A stretch of DNA of 64,000 nucleotides. Source: the human T2T-CHM13v2.0 reference genome, Homo sapiens. The DNA lies in assembly GCF_009914755.1 (NCBI RefSeq), contig NC_060944.1. One strand, 5' to 3'. Under the pieces are notes generated by a model. That model made no database searches. It was not told where the DNA came from and saw only the letters and a list, made by a program, of their open reading frames with translations. A program made the position numbers and the translations under genes. This document shows, piece after piece, positions 53,201-64,000 of this stretch (position 1 is its first letter; the number at the start of each line of letters is the position of its first letter).

Positions 53201-56200
53201 CTGGAAGTGGACATTTGGAGCGCTTTCAGGACGACGGTGAAAATGGAAATATCTTCCAAGAAAATCTAGATAGAAGCAACGTCAGAAACTTTTATGTGAT
53301 GGATCTACTCAGCTAACAGAGTTGAACCTTTCTTTTGAGAGAGCAGTTTTGCAACACTCTTTTTGTGGAATATGCAAGTGGATATTAGGGCAGCTTTGAG
53401 GATTTCGTTGGAAACGGGAATACATGTAAAAAGCAGACAGCAGCATTCTCAGAAACTTCTTTGTGATGTTTGCATTGAAGTCACAGAGTTGAACATTCCC
53501 TTTCAGAGAGCAGGTTTGAAACACGCCTTTTGTCATATCTGGAAGTGTCCATTCGGAGCGCATTCAGGCTTGTGTTGAAAAAGGAAATATCCTCCCATAA
53601 AAACTAGACAGAAGCATTCTCAGAAACTTATCTGTGATGTATGTACTCAACTAACAGAACTAAACCATCGTTTTGAAGGAGCAGTTTTGAAACACTCTTT
53701 TTGCGGAATCTGCAAGTGGATATTTGGCTAGCTGGGAGGATTTCGTTGGAAACGGGATTACATACAAAAAGCAGACAGCAGCATTCTCAGAAACTTCTTT
53801 GTGATGTTTGCATTCAAGTCACAGAGTTGAACATTCCCTTTCATAGAGCAGGTTTGAAACACTCTTTTTGTAGTATCTGGATGTGGACATTTGGATCGCT
53901 TTCAGGCCTATGGTGAAAAAGGAAATATCTTCCCATGAAAACTAGACAGAAGCATTCTCAGAAACTTATTTGTGATGTGTGCCCTCAACTGACAGTGTTG
54001 AACCTTTGTTTTGATAGAGCAGTTCTGAAACACACTTTTTGTAAAATCTGCAAGAGGATATTTGGATAGCTTTGAGGATTTCGTTGGAAACGGGAATGTC
54101 TTCATGTAAACTCTGGACAGAAGCATTCTCAGAAACTGCTTTGAGATGTTTCAATTGAAGTCCCAGTGTTGAACATTCCCTTTCATAGAGCAGGTTTGAA
54201 ACACTCTTTTTGTACTATCTGGAAGTGGACATTTGGAGCGCTTTCAGGTCTACGGTGAAAAAGGAGATATCTTCCAATAAAAACTAGATAGAAGCAATGT
54301 CAGAACTTTTTTCATGATGTATCTACTCAGCAAACAGAGTTGAACCTTTCTTTTGAGAGAGCAGTTTTGAAACACTCTTTTTGTGGAATATGCAAGTGGG
54401 TATTAGGCCAGCTTGGAGGATTTCGTTGGAAACGGGAATACGTATAAAAAGCAGACAGCAGCATTGTCAGAAACTACTTTGTGATGTTTGCATTCAAGTC
54501 ACAGAATTGAACACTCCCTTTCACAGAGCAGGTTTGAAACACTCTTTTTGTAGTGTCTGTAAGTGAACATTTGGATTGCTTTCAGGCCTAAGGTGAAAAA
54601 GGAAATATCTTCCCATAAAAACTAGACAGAAGCATTCTCAGAAACTTGTTTGTGATGTGTGCCCTCTACTGACAGAGTTGAACCTTTCTTTGCAAAGAGC
54701 AGTTTTGAAACACTCTTTTTGTAGAATCTGCAAGAGGATATTTGGATAGCTTTGAGGATTTCTTGGGAAACGGGAATGTCTTCAGATAAACTCTAGACAG
54801 AAGCATTCTCAGAAACTTCTTTGGGATGTTTCAATTGAAGTCACAGTGTTGAACATTCCCTTTCACAGAGCAGGTTTGAAACACTCTTTTTGTAGTGTCT
54901 ATAAGTGAACATTTGGCGTGCTTTCAGGCCTAACGTGAAAAAGGAAATATCTTCCCATAAAAACTAGACAGAAGCATTCTCAGAAACTTGTTCTTGATGT
55001 GTCCCCTCTACTGACAGAGTTGAACCTTTCTTTGCAAAGAGCAGCTTTGAAACACTCTTTTTGTAGAATCTGCAAGAGGATATTTGGATAGCTTGGAGGA
55101 TTTCGTTGGAAACGGGTATGTCTTCAGATAAACTCTAGACAGAAGCATTCTCAGAAACTTCTTTGGGATGTTGCATTCAAGTCACAGAGTAGAACATTCC
55201 CATTCATAGAGCAGATTTGAAACACTCTTTTTGTAGTATCTGGAAGTGGACATTTGGAGCGCTTTCAGGCCTATGTTGAAAAAGGAAATATCTTCCCATA
55301 AAAACTAGACGGAAGCATTCTCAGAAACTTATTTGTGATGTGTTTGCTCAACTAACAGGATTGAACCATCGTTTTGAAGGAGCAGTTTTGAAACACTGTT
55401 TTCGTGGAATCTGCAAGTGGATATTTGGCTAGCTTTGAGGATTTCGTTGGAAACGGGATTACATATAAAAAGGAGACAGCAGCATTCTCAGAAACTTCTT
55501 TGTGATGTCTGCATTCAATTCACAGAGTTGAGCATTCCCTTTCATAGAGCAGGTTGGAAACACTCTTTTTGTAGTATCTGGATGAGGACATTTGGAGCGC
55601 TTTCAGGCGTATGGTGAAAAAGGAAATATCTTCCCGTAAAAACTAGACAGAAGCCTTCTCAGAAGTTTATTTGTGATGTGTGCCCTCAACTAACAGAGTT
55701 GAACCTTTCTTTTGATAGAGCAGTTTTGAAACACTCTTTTTGTAAAATCTGCAAGAGGATATTTGGATAGCTTTGAGGATTTCGTTGCAAACGGGAATGG
55801 CTTCATATAAACTCTAGACAGAAGCATTCTCAGAAACTTCGTTGGGATGTTTCGATTGAAGTCCCAGTGTTGAACATTCCCTTTTATAGAGCAGGTTGGA
55901 AACACTCTTTCTGCATTCCCTGGAAGTGGACATTTGGAGCGCTTTCAGGACGACGGTGAAAATGGAAATATCTTCCAAGAAAATCTAGATAGAAGCAATG
56001 TCAGAAACTTTTATGTGATGGATCTACTCAGCTAACAGAGTTGAACCTTTCTTTTGAGAGAGCAGTTTTGCAACACTCTTTTTGTGGAATATGCAAGTGG
56101 ATATTAGGGCAGCTTTGAGGATTTCGTTGGAAACGGGAATACATGTAAAAAGCAGACAGCAGCATTCTCAGAAACTTCTTTGTGATGTTTGCATTGAAGT

Positions 56201-59200
56201 CACAGAGTTGAACATTCCCTTTGAGAGAGCAGGTTTGAAACACGCCTCTTGTCATATCTGGAAGTGTCCATTCGGAGCGCATTCAGGTTTGTGTTGAAAA
56301 AGGAAATATCCTCCCATAAAAACTAGACAGAAGCATTCTCAGAAACTTATCTGTGATGTATGTACTCAACTAACAGAACTAAACCATCGTTTTGAAGGAG
56401 CAGTTTTGAAACACTCTTTTTGCGGAATCTGCAAGTGGATATTTGGCTAGCTGGGAGGATTTCGTTGGAAACGGGATTACATACAAAAAGCAGAGAGCAG
56501 CATTCTCAGAAACTTCTTTGTGATGTTTGCATTCAAGTCACAGAGTTGAACATTCCCTTTCATAGAGCAGGTTTGAAACACTCTTTTTGTAGTATCTGGA
56601 TGTGGACATTTGGATCGCTTTCAGGCCTATGGTGAAAAAGGAAATATCTTCCCATGAAAACTAGACAGAAGCATTCTCAGAAACTTATTTGTGATGTGTG
56701 CCCTCAACTGACAGTGTTGAACCTTTGTTTTGATAGAGCAGTTCTGAAACACACTTTTTGTAAAATCTGCAAGAGGATATTTGGATAGCTTTGAGGATTT
56801 CGTTGGAAACGGGAATGTCTTCATGTAAACTCTGGACAGAAGCATTCTCAGAAACTGCTTTGAGATGTTTCAATTGAAGTCCCAGTGTTGAACATTCCCT
56901 TTCATAGAGCAGGTTTGAAACACTCTTTTTGTACTATCTGGAAGTGGACATTTGGAGCGCTTTCAGGTCTACGGTGAAAAAGGAGATATCTTCCAATAAA
57001 AACTAGATAGAAGCAATGTCAGAACTTTTTTCATGATGTATCTACTCAGCAAACAGAGTTGAACCTTTCTTTTGAGAGAGCAGTTTTGAAACACTCTTTT
57101 TGTGGAATATGCAAGTGGGTATTAGGCCAGCTTGGAGGATTTCGTTGGAAACGGGAATACGTATAAAAAGCAGACAGCAGCATTGTCAGAAACTACTTTG
57201 TGATGTTTGCATTCAAGTCACAGAATTGAACACTCCCTTTCACAGAGCAGGTTTGAAACACTCTTTTTGTAGTGTCTGTAAGTGAACATTTGGATTGCTT
57301 TCAGGCCTAAGGTGAAAAAGGAAATATCTTCCCATAAAAACTAGACAGAAGCATTCTCAGAAACTTGTTTGTGATGTGTGCCCTCTACTGACAGAGTTGA
57401 ACCTTTCTTTGCAAAGAGCAGTTTTGAAACACTCTTTTTGTAGAATCTGCAAGAGGATATTTGGATAGCTTTGAGGATTTCTTGGGAAACGGGAATGTCT
57501 TCAGATAAACTCTAGACAGAAGCATTCTCAGAAACTTCTTTGGGATGTTTCAATTGAAGTCACAGTGTTGAACATTCCCTTTCACAGAGCAGGTTTGAAA
57601 CACTCTTTTTGTAGTGTCTATAAGTGAACATTTGGCGTGCTTTCAGGCCTAACGTGAAAAAGGAAATATCTTCCCATAAAAACTAGACAGAAGCATTCTC
57701 AGAAACTTGTTCTTGATGTGTCCCCTCTACTGACAGAGTTGAACCTTTCTTTGCAAAGAGCAGCTTTGAAACACTCTTTTTGTAGAATCTGCAAGAGGAT
57801 ATTTGGATAGCTTGGAGGATTTCGTTGGAAACGGGTATGTCTTCAGATAAACTCTAGACAGAAGCATTCTCAGAAACTTCTTTGGGATGTTGCATTCAAG
57901 TCACAGAGTAGAACATTCCCATTCATAGAGCAGATTTGAAACACTCTTTTTGTAGTATCTGGAAGTGGACATTTGGAGCGCTTTCAGGCCTATGTTGAAA
58001 AAGGAAATATCTTCCCATAAAAACTAGACGGAAGCATTCTCAGAAACTTATTTGTGATGTGTTTGCTCAACTAACAGGATTGAACCATCGTTTTGAAGGA
58101 GCAGTTTTGAAACACTGTTTTCGTGGAATCTGCAAGTGGATATTTGGCTAGCTTTGAGGATTTCGTTGGAAAGGGGATTACATATAAAAAGGAGACAGCA
58201 GCATTCTCAGAAACTTCTTTGTGATGTCTGCATTCAATTCACAGAGTTGAGCATTCCCTTTCATAGAGCAGGTTGGAAACACTCTTTTTGTAGTATCTGG
58301 ATGAGGACATTTGGAGCGCTTTCAGGCGTATGGTGAAAAAGGAAATATCTTCCCGTAAAAACTAGACAGAAGCCTTCTCAGAAGTTTATTTGTGATGTGT
58401 GCCCTCAACTAACAGAGTTGAACCTTTCTTTTGATAGAGCAGTTTTGAAACACTCTTTTTGTAAAATCTGCAAGAGGATATTTGGATAGCTTTGAGGATT
58501 TCGTTGCAAACGGGAATGGCTTCATATAAACTCTAGACAGAAGCATTCTCAGAAACTTCGTTGGGATGTTTCGATTGAAGTCCCAGTGTTGAACATTCCC
58601 TTTTATAGAGCAGGTTGGAAACACTCTTTCTGCATTCCCTGGAAGTGGACATTTGGAGCGCTTTCAGGACGACGGTGAAAATGGAAATATCTTCCAAGAA
58701 AATCTAGATAGAAGCAATGTCAGAAACTTTTATGTGATGGATCTACTCAGCTAACAGAGTTGAACCTTTCTTTTGAGAGAGCAGTTTTGCAACACTCTTT
58801 TTGTGGAATATGCAAGTGGATATTAGGGCAGCTTTGAGGATTTCGTTGGAAACGGGAATACATGTAAAAAGCAGACAGCAGCATTCTCAGAAACTTCTTT
58901 GTGATGTTTGCATTGAAGTCACAGAGTTGAACATTCCCTTTGAGAGAGCAGGTTTGAAACACGCCTCTTGTCATATCTGGAAGTGTCCATTCGGAGCGCA
59001 TTCAGGTTTGTGTTGAAAAAGGAAATATCCTCCCATAAAAACTAGACAGAAGCATTCTCAGAAACTTATCTGTGATGTATGTACTCAACTAACAGAACTA
59101 AACCATCGTTTTGAAGGAGCAGTTTTGAAACACTCTTTTTGCGGAATCTGCAAGTGGATATTTGGCTAGCTGGGAGGATTTCGTTGGAAACGGGATTACA

Positions 59201-62200
59201 TACAAAAAGCAGAGAGCAGCATTCTCAGAAACTTCTTTGTGATGTTTGCATTCAAGTCACAGAGTTGAACATTCCCTTTCATAGAGCAGGTTTGAAACAC
59301 TCTTTTTGTAGTATCTGGATGTGGACATTTGGATCGCTTTCAGGCCTATGGTGAAAAAGGAAATATCTTCCCATGAAAACTAGACAGAAGCATTCTCAGA
59401 AACTTATTTGTGATGTGTGCCCTCAACTGACAGTGTTGAACCTTTGTTTTGATAGAGCAGTTCTGAAACACACTTTTTGTAAAATCTGCAAGAGGATATT
59501 TGGATAGCTTTGAGGATTTCGTTGGAAACGGGAATGTCTTCATGTAAACTCTGGATAGAAGCATTCTCAGAAACTGCTTTGGGATGTTTCAATTGAAGTC
59601 CCAGTGTTGAACATTCCCTTTCATAGAGCAGGTTTGAAACACTCTTTTTGTACTATCTGGAAGTGGACATTTGGAGCGCTTTCAGGTCTACGGTGAAAAA
59701 GGAGATATCTTCCAATAAAAACTAGATAGAAGCAATGTCAGAACTTTTTTCATGATGTATCTACTCAGCAAACAGAGTTGAACCTTTCTTTTGAGAGAGC
59801 AGTTTTGAAACACTCTTTTTGTGGAATATGCAAGTGGGTATTAGGCCAGCTTGGAGGATTTCGTTGGAAACGGGAATACGTATAAAAAGCAGACAGCAGC
59901 ATTGTCAGAAACTACTTTGTGATGTTTGCATTCAAGTCACAGAATTGAACACTCCCTTTCACAGAGCAGGTTTGAAACACTCTTTTTGTAGTGTCTGTAA
60001 GTGAACATTTGGATTGCTTTCAGGCCTAAGGTGAAAAAGGAAATATCTTCCCATAAAAACTAGACAGAAGCATTCTCAGAAACTTGTTTGTGATGTGTGC
60101 CCTCTACTGACAGAGTTGAACCTTTCTTTGCAAAGAGCAGTTTTGAAACACTCTTTTTGTAGAATCTGCAAGAGGATATTTGGATAGCTTTGAGGATTTC
60201 TTGGGAAACGGGAATGTCTTCAGATAAACTCTAGACAGAAGCATTCTCAGAAAGTTCTTTGGGATGTTTCAATTGAAGTCACAGTGTTGAACATTCCCTT
60301 TCACAGAGCAGGTTTGAAACACTCTTTTTGTAGTGTCTATAAGTGAACATTTGGCGTGCTTTCAGGCCTAACGTGAAAAAGGAAATATCTTCCCATAAAA
60401 ACTAGACAGAAGCATTCTCAGAAACTTGTTCTTGATGTGTCCCCTCTACTGACAGAGTTGAACCTTTCTTTGCAAAGAGCAGCTTTGAAACACTCTTTTT
60501 GTAGAATCTGCAAGAGGATATTTGGATAGCTTGGAGGATTTCGTTGGAAACGGGTATGTCTTCAGATAAACTCTAGACAGAAGCATTCTCAGAAACTTCT
60601 TTGGGATGTTGCATTCAAGTCACAGAGTAGAACATTCCCATTCATAGAGCAGATTTGAAACACTCTTTTTGTAGTATCTGGAAGTGGACATTTGGAGCGC
60701 TTTCAGGCCTATGTTGAAAAAGGAAATATCTTCCCATAAAAACTAGACGGAAGCATTCTCAGAAACTTATTTGTGATGTGTTTGCTCAACTAACAGGATT
60801 GAACCATCGTTTTGAAGGAGCAGTTTTGAAACACTGTTTTCGTGGAATCTGCAAGTGGATATTTGGCTAGCTTTGAGGATTTCGTTGGAAACGGGATTAC
60901 ATATAAAAAGGAGACAGCAGCATTCTCAGAAACTTCTTTGTGATGTCTGCATTCAATTCACAGAGTTGAGCATTCCCTTTCATAGAGCAGGTTGGAAACA
61001 CTCTTTTTGTAGTATCTGGATGAGGACATTTGGAGCGCTTTCAGGCGTATGGTGAAAAAGGAAATATCTTCCCGTAAAAACTAGACAGAAGCATTCTCAG
61101 AAGTTTATTTGTGATGTGTGCCCTCAACTAACAGAGTTGAACCTTTCTTTTGATAGAGCAGTTTTGAAACACTCTTTTTGTAAAATCTGCAAGAGGATAT
61201 TTGGATAGCTTTGAGGATTTCGTTGCAAACGGGAATGGCTTCATATAAACTCTAGACAGAAGCATTCTCAGAAACTTCGTTGGGATGTTTCGATTGAAGT
61301 CCCAGTGTTGAACATTCCCTTTTATAGAGCAGGTTGGAAACACTCTTTCTGCATTCCCTGGAAGTGGACATTTGGAGCGCTTTCAGGACGACGGTGAAAA
61401 TGGAAATATCTTCCAAGAAAATCTAGATAGAAGCAATGTCAGAAACTTTTATGTGATGGATCTACTCAGCTAACAGAGTTGAACCTTTCTTTTGAGAGAG
61501 CAGTTTTGCAACACTCTTTTTGTGGAATATGCAAGTGGATATTAGGGCAGCTTTGAGGATTTCGTTGGAAACGGGAATACATGTAAAAAGCAGACAGCAG
61601 CATTCTCAGAAACTTCTTTGTGATGTTTGCATTGAAGTCACAGAGTTGAACATTCCCTTTGAGAGAGCAGGTTTGAAACACGCCTTTTGTCATATCTGGA
61701 AGTGTCCATTCGGAGCGCATTCAGGCTTGTGTTGAAAAAGGAAATATCCTCCCATAAAAACTAGACAGAAGCATTCTCAGAAACTTATCTGTGATGTATG
61801 TACTCAACTAACAGAACTAAACCATCGTTTTGAAGGAGCAGTTTTGAAACACTCTTTTTGCGGAATCTGCAAGTGGATATTTGGCTAGCTGGGAGGATTT
61901 CGTTGGAAACGGGATTACATACAAAAAGCAGAGAGCAGCATTCTCAGAAACTTCTTTGTGATGTTTGCATTCAAGTCACAGAGTTGAACATTCCCTTTCA
62001 TAGAGCAGGTTTGAAACACTCTTTTTGTAGTATCTGGATGTGGACATTTGGATCGCTTTCAGGCCTATGGTGAAAAAGGAAATATCTTCCCATGAAGACT
62101 AGACAGAAGCATTCTCAGAAACTTATTTGTGATGTGTGCCCTCAACTGACAGTGTTGAACCTTTGTTTTGATAGAGCAGTTCTGAAACACACTTTTTGTA

Positions 62201-64000
62201 AAATCTGCAAGAGGATATTTGGATAGCTTTGAGGATTTCGTTGGAAACGGGAATGTCTTCATGTAAACTCTAGACAGAAGCATTCTCAGAAACTGCTTTG
62301 GGATGTTTGAATTGAAGTCCCAGTGTTGAACATTCCCATTCATAGAGCAGGTTTGAAACACTCTTTTTGTACTATCTGGAAGTGGACATTTGGAGCGCTT
62401 TCAGGTCTACGGTGAAAAAGGAGATATCTTCCAATAAAAACTAGATAGAAGCAATGTCAGAACTTTTTTCATGATGTATCTACTCAGCAAACAGAGTTGA
62501 ACCTTTCTTTTGAGAGAGCAGTTTTGAAACACTCTTTTTGTGGAATATGCAAGTGGGTATTAGGCCAGCTTGGAGGATTTCGTTGGAAACGGGAATACGT
62601 ATAAAAAGCAGACAGCAGCATTGTCAGAAACTACTTTGTGATGTTTGCATTCAAGTCACAGAATTGAACACTCCCTTTCACAGAGCAGGTTTGAAACACT
62701 CTTTTTGTAGTGTCTGTAAGTGAACATTTGGATTGCTTTCAGGCCTAAGGTGAAAAAGGAAATATTTTCCCATAACAACTAGACAGAAGCATTCTCAGAA
62801 ACTTGTTTGTGATGTGTGCCCTCTACTGACAGAGTTGAACCTTTCTTTGCAAAGAGCAGTTTTGAAACACTCTTTTTGTAGAATCTGCAAGAGGATATTT
62901 GGATAGCTTTGAGGATTTCTTGGGAAACGGGAATGTCTTCAGATAAACTCTAGACAGAAGCATTCTCAGAAACTTCTTTGGGATGTTTCAATTGAAGTCA
63001 CAGTGTTGAACATTCCCTTTCACAGAGCAGGTTTGAAACACTCTTTTTGTAGTGTCTATAAGTGAACATTTGGCATGCTTTCAGGCCTAACGTGAAAAAG
63101 GAAATATCTTCCCATAAAAACTAGACAGAAGCATTCTCAGAAACTTGTTCTTGATGTGTCCCCTCTACTGACAGAGTTGAACCTTTCTTTTCAAAGAGCA
63201 GCTTAGAAACACTCTTTTTGTAGAATCTGCAAGAGGATATTTGGATAGCTTGGAGGATTTCGTTGGAAACGGGTATGTCTTCAGATAAACTCTAGACAGA
63301 AGCATTCTCAGAAACTTCTTTGGGATGTTGCATTCAAGTCACAGAGTAGAACATTCCCATTCATAGAGCAGATTTGAAACACTCTTTTTGTAGTATCTGG
63401 AAGTGGACATTTGGAGCGCTTTCAGGCCTATGTTGAAAAAGGAAATATCTTCCCATAAAAACTAGACGGAAGCATTCTCAGAAACTTAATTGTGATGTGT
63501 TTGCTCAACTAACAGGATTGAACCATCGTTTTGAAGGAGTAGTTTTGAAACACTGTTTTCGTGGAATCTGCAAGTGGATATTTGGCTAGCTTTGAGGATT
63601 TCGTTGGAAACGGGATTACATATAAAAAGGAGACAGCAGCATTCTCAGAAACTTCTTTGTGATGTCTGCATTCAATTCACAGAGTTGAGCATTCCCTTTC
63701 ATAGAGCAGGTTGGAAACACTCTTTTTGTAGTATCTGGATGAGGACATTTGGAGCGCTTTCAGGCGTATGGTGAAAAAGGAAATATCTTCCCGTAAAAAC
63801 TAGACAGAAGCATTCTCAGAAGTTTATTTGTGATGTGTGCCCTCAACTAACAGAGTTGAACCTTTCTTTTGATAGAGCAGTTTTGAAACACTCTTTTTGT
63901 AAAATCTGCAAGAGGATATTTGGATAGCTTTGAGGATTTCGTTGCAAACGGGAATGGCTTCATATAAACTCTAGACAGAAGCATTCTCAGAAACTTCGTT
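47250..64000 (+). repeat. Six canonical 16-mer HOR units U18-U23 plus partial U24 (63564-64000)
   Basis: Constant 2,719 bp spacing of the marker ORF from 47260 to 63574. Confidence 0.96.

Larger units (their letters stand above)
1..64000 (+). repeat. Centromeric alpha-satellite HOR array, dimeric SF2 type; probably human chr20 D20Z2 (S2C20H1L)
   Basis: Tandem 167-171 bp monomers beginning CATTCTCAGAAAC, with alternating CENP-B-box and pJalpha-box monomers. The ORF track repeats with exact 2,719/3,061 bp offsets. Identification as an alpha-satellite HOR is essentially certain. The chr20 assignment (about 0.8) rests on D20Z2 being the known 16-mer SF2 HOR. Confidence 0.98.

Noticed and set aside
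41280-62361. Unit-specific extra, extended or truncated ORFs (41280, 48263, 53966, 56685, 59404, 62065)
   Set aside because: Each arises from one or two SNVs that remove or create a stop or start codon in satellite sequence; there is no evidence of coding function.
11-63774. About 165 short ORFs (61-98 aa) repeating in each unit
   Set aside because: They are translations of alpha-satellite monomers, overlap on both strands, often use GTG/TTG starts and show no recognisable domains. They are useful only as SNV markers.
1-64000. CRISPR-like array (conserved motif with variable intervening sequence)
   Set aside because: The intervening sequences are homologous monomer bodies that repeat with HOR periodicity. 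There are no unique spacers and no cas genes.
1-64000. Assignment to D17Z1 (16-mer, about 2.7 kb) or D6Z1 (18-mer, about 3 kb)
   Set aside because: D17Z1 is pentameric SF3, whereas this array is strictly A/B dimeric. D6Z1 is SF1-related with a true 18-mer, whereas the 18-mer here is a minor dimer duplication of an SF2-like 16-mer.
1-64000. Hidden insertion, inversion or embedded non-satellite element
   Set aside because: Unit lengths add up exactly (20x2,719 + 3x3,061 = 63,563) and all CENP-B boxes are on the same strand, leaving no room for foreign sequence.

Overview
The whole 64 kb window is one uninterrupted, head-to-tail primate alpha-satellite (about 171 bp monomer) higher-order-repeat (HOR) array. 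It contains no genes, transposons or inversions. It holds 23 complete HOR copies plus a partial one: twenty 16-monomer units of 2,719 bp and three 18-monomer variants of 3,061 bp (units starting at 1, 27533 and 44189). Units are numbered U1-U24 with starts at 1, 3062, 5781, 8500, 11219, 13938, 16657, 19376, 22095, 24814, 27533, 30594, 33313, 36032, 38751, 41470, 44189, 47250, 49969, 52688, 55407, 58126, 60845 and 63564. Monomers alternate between pJalpha-type (A) and CENP-B-box-type (B) and resemble the dimeric suprachromosomal family 2 (SF2). A 16-mer SF2 HOR best fits the human chromosome 20 array D20Z2 (S2C20H1L); this assignment is inferred and was not searched. All ORFs in the track are repeat artefacts. 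I found no new protein-coding system. The interesting signal is array evolution recorded in SNVs: a 45-88 bp out-of-register conversion tract in U1-U3, 18-mers that duplicate the only dimer with a dead CENP-B box, a 5,438 bp two-unit super-period over U3-U10, several local duplications, CENP-B box knockouts, and a cluster of private SNVs in U23.
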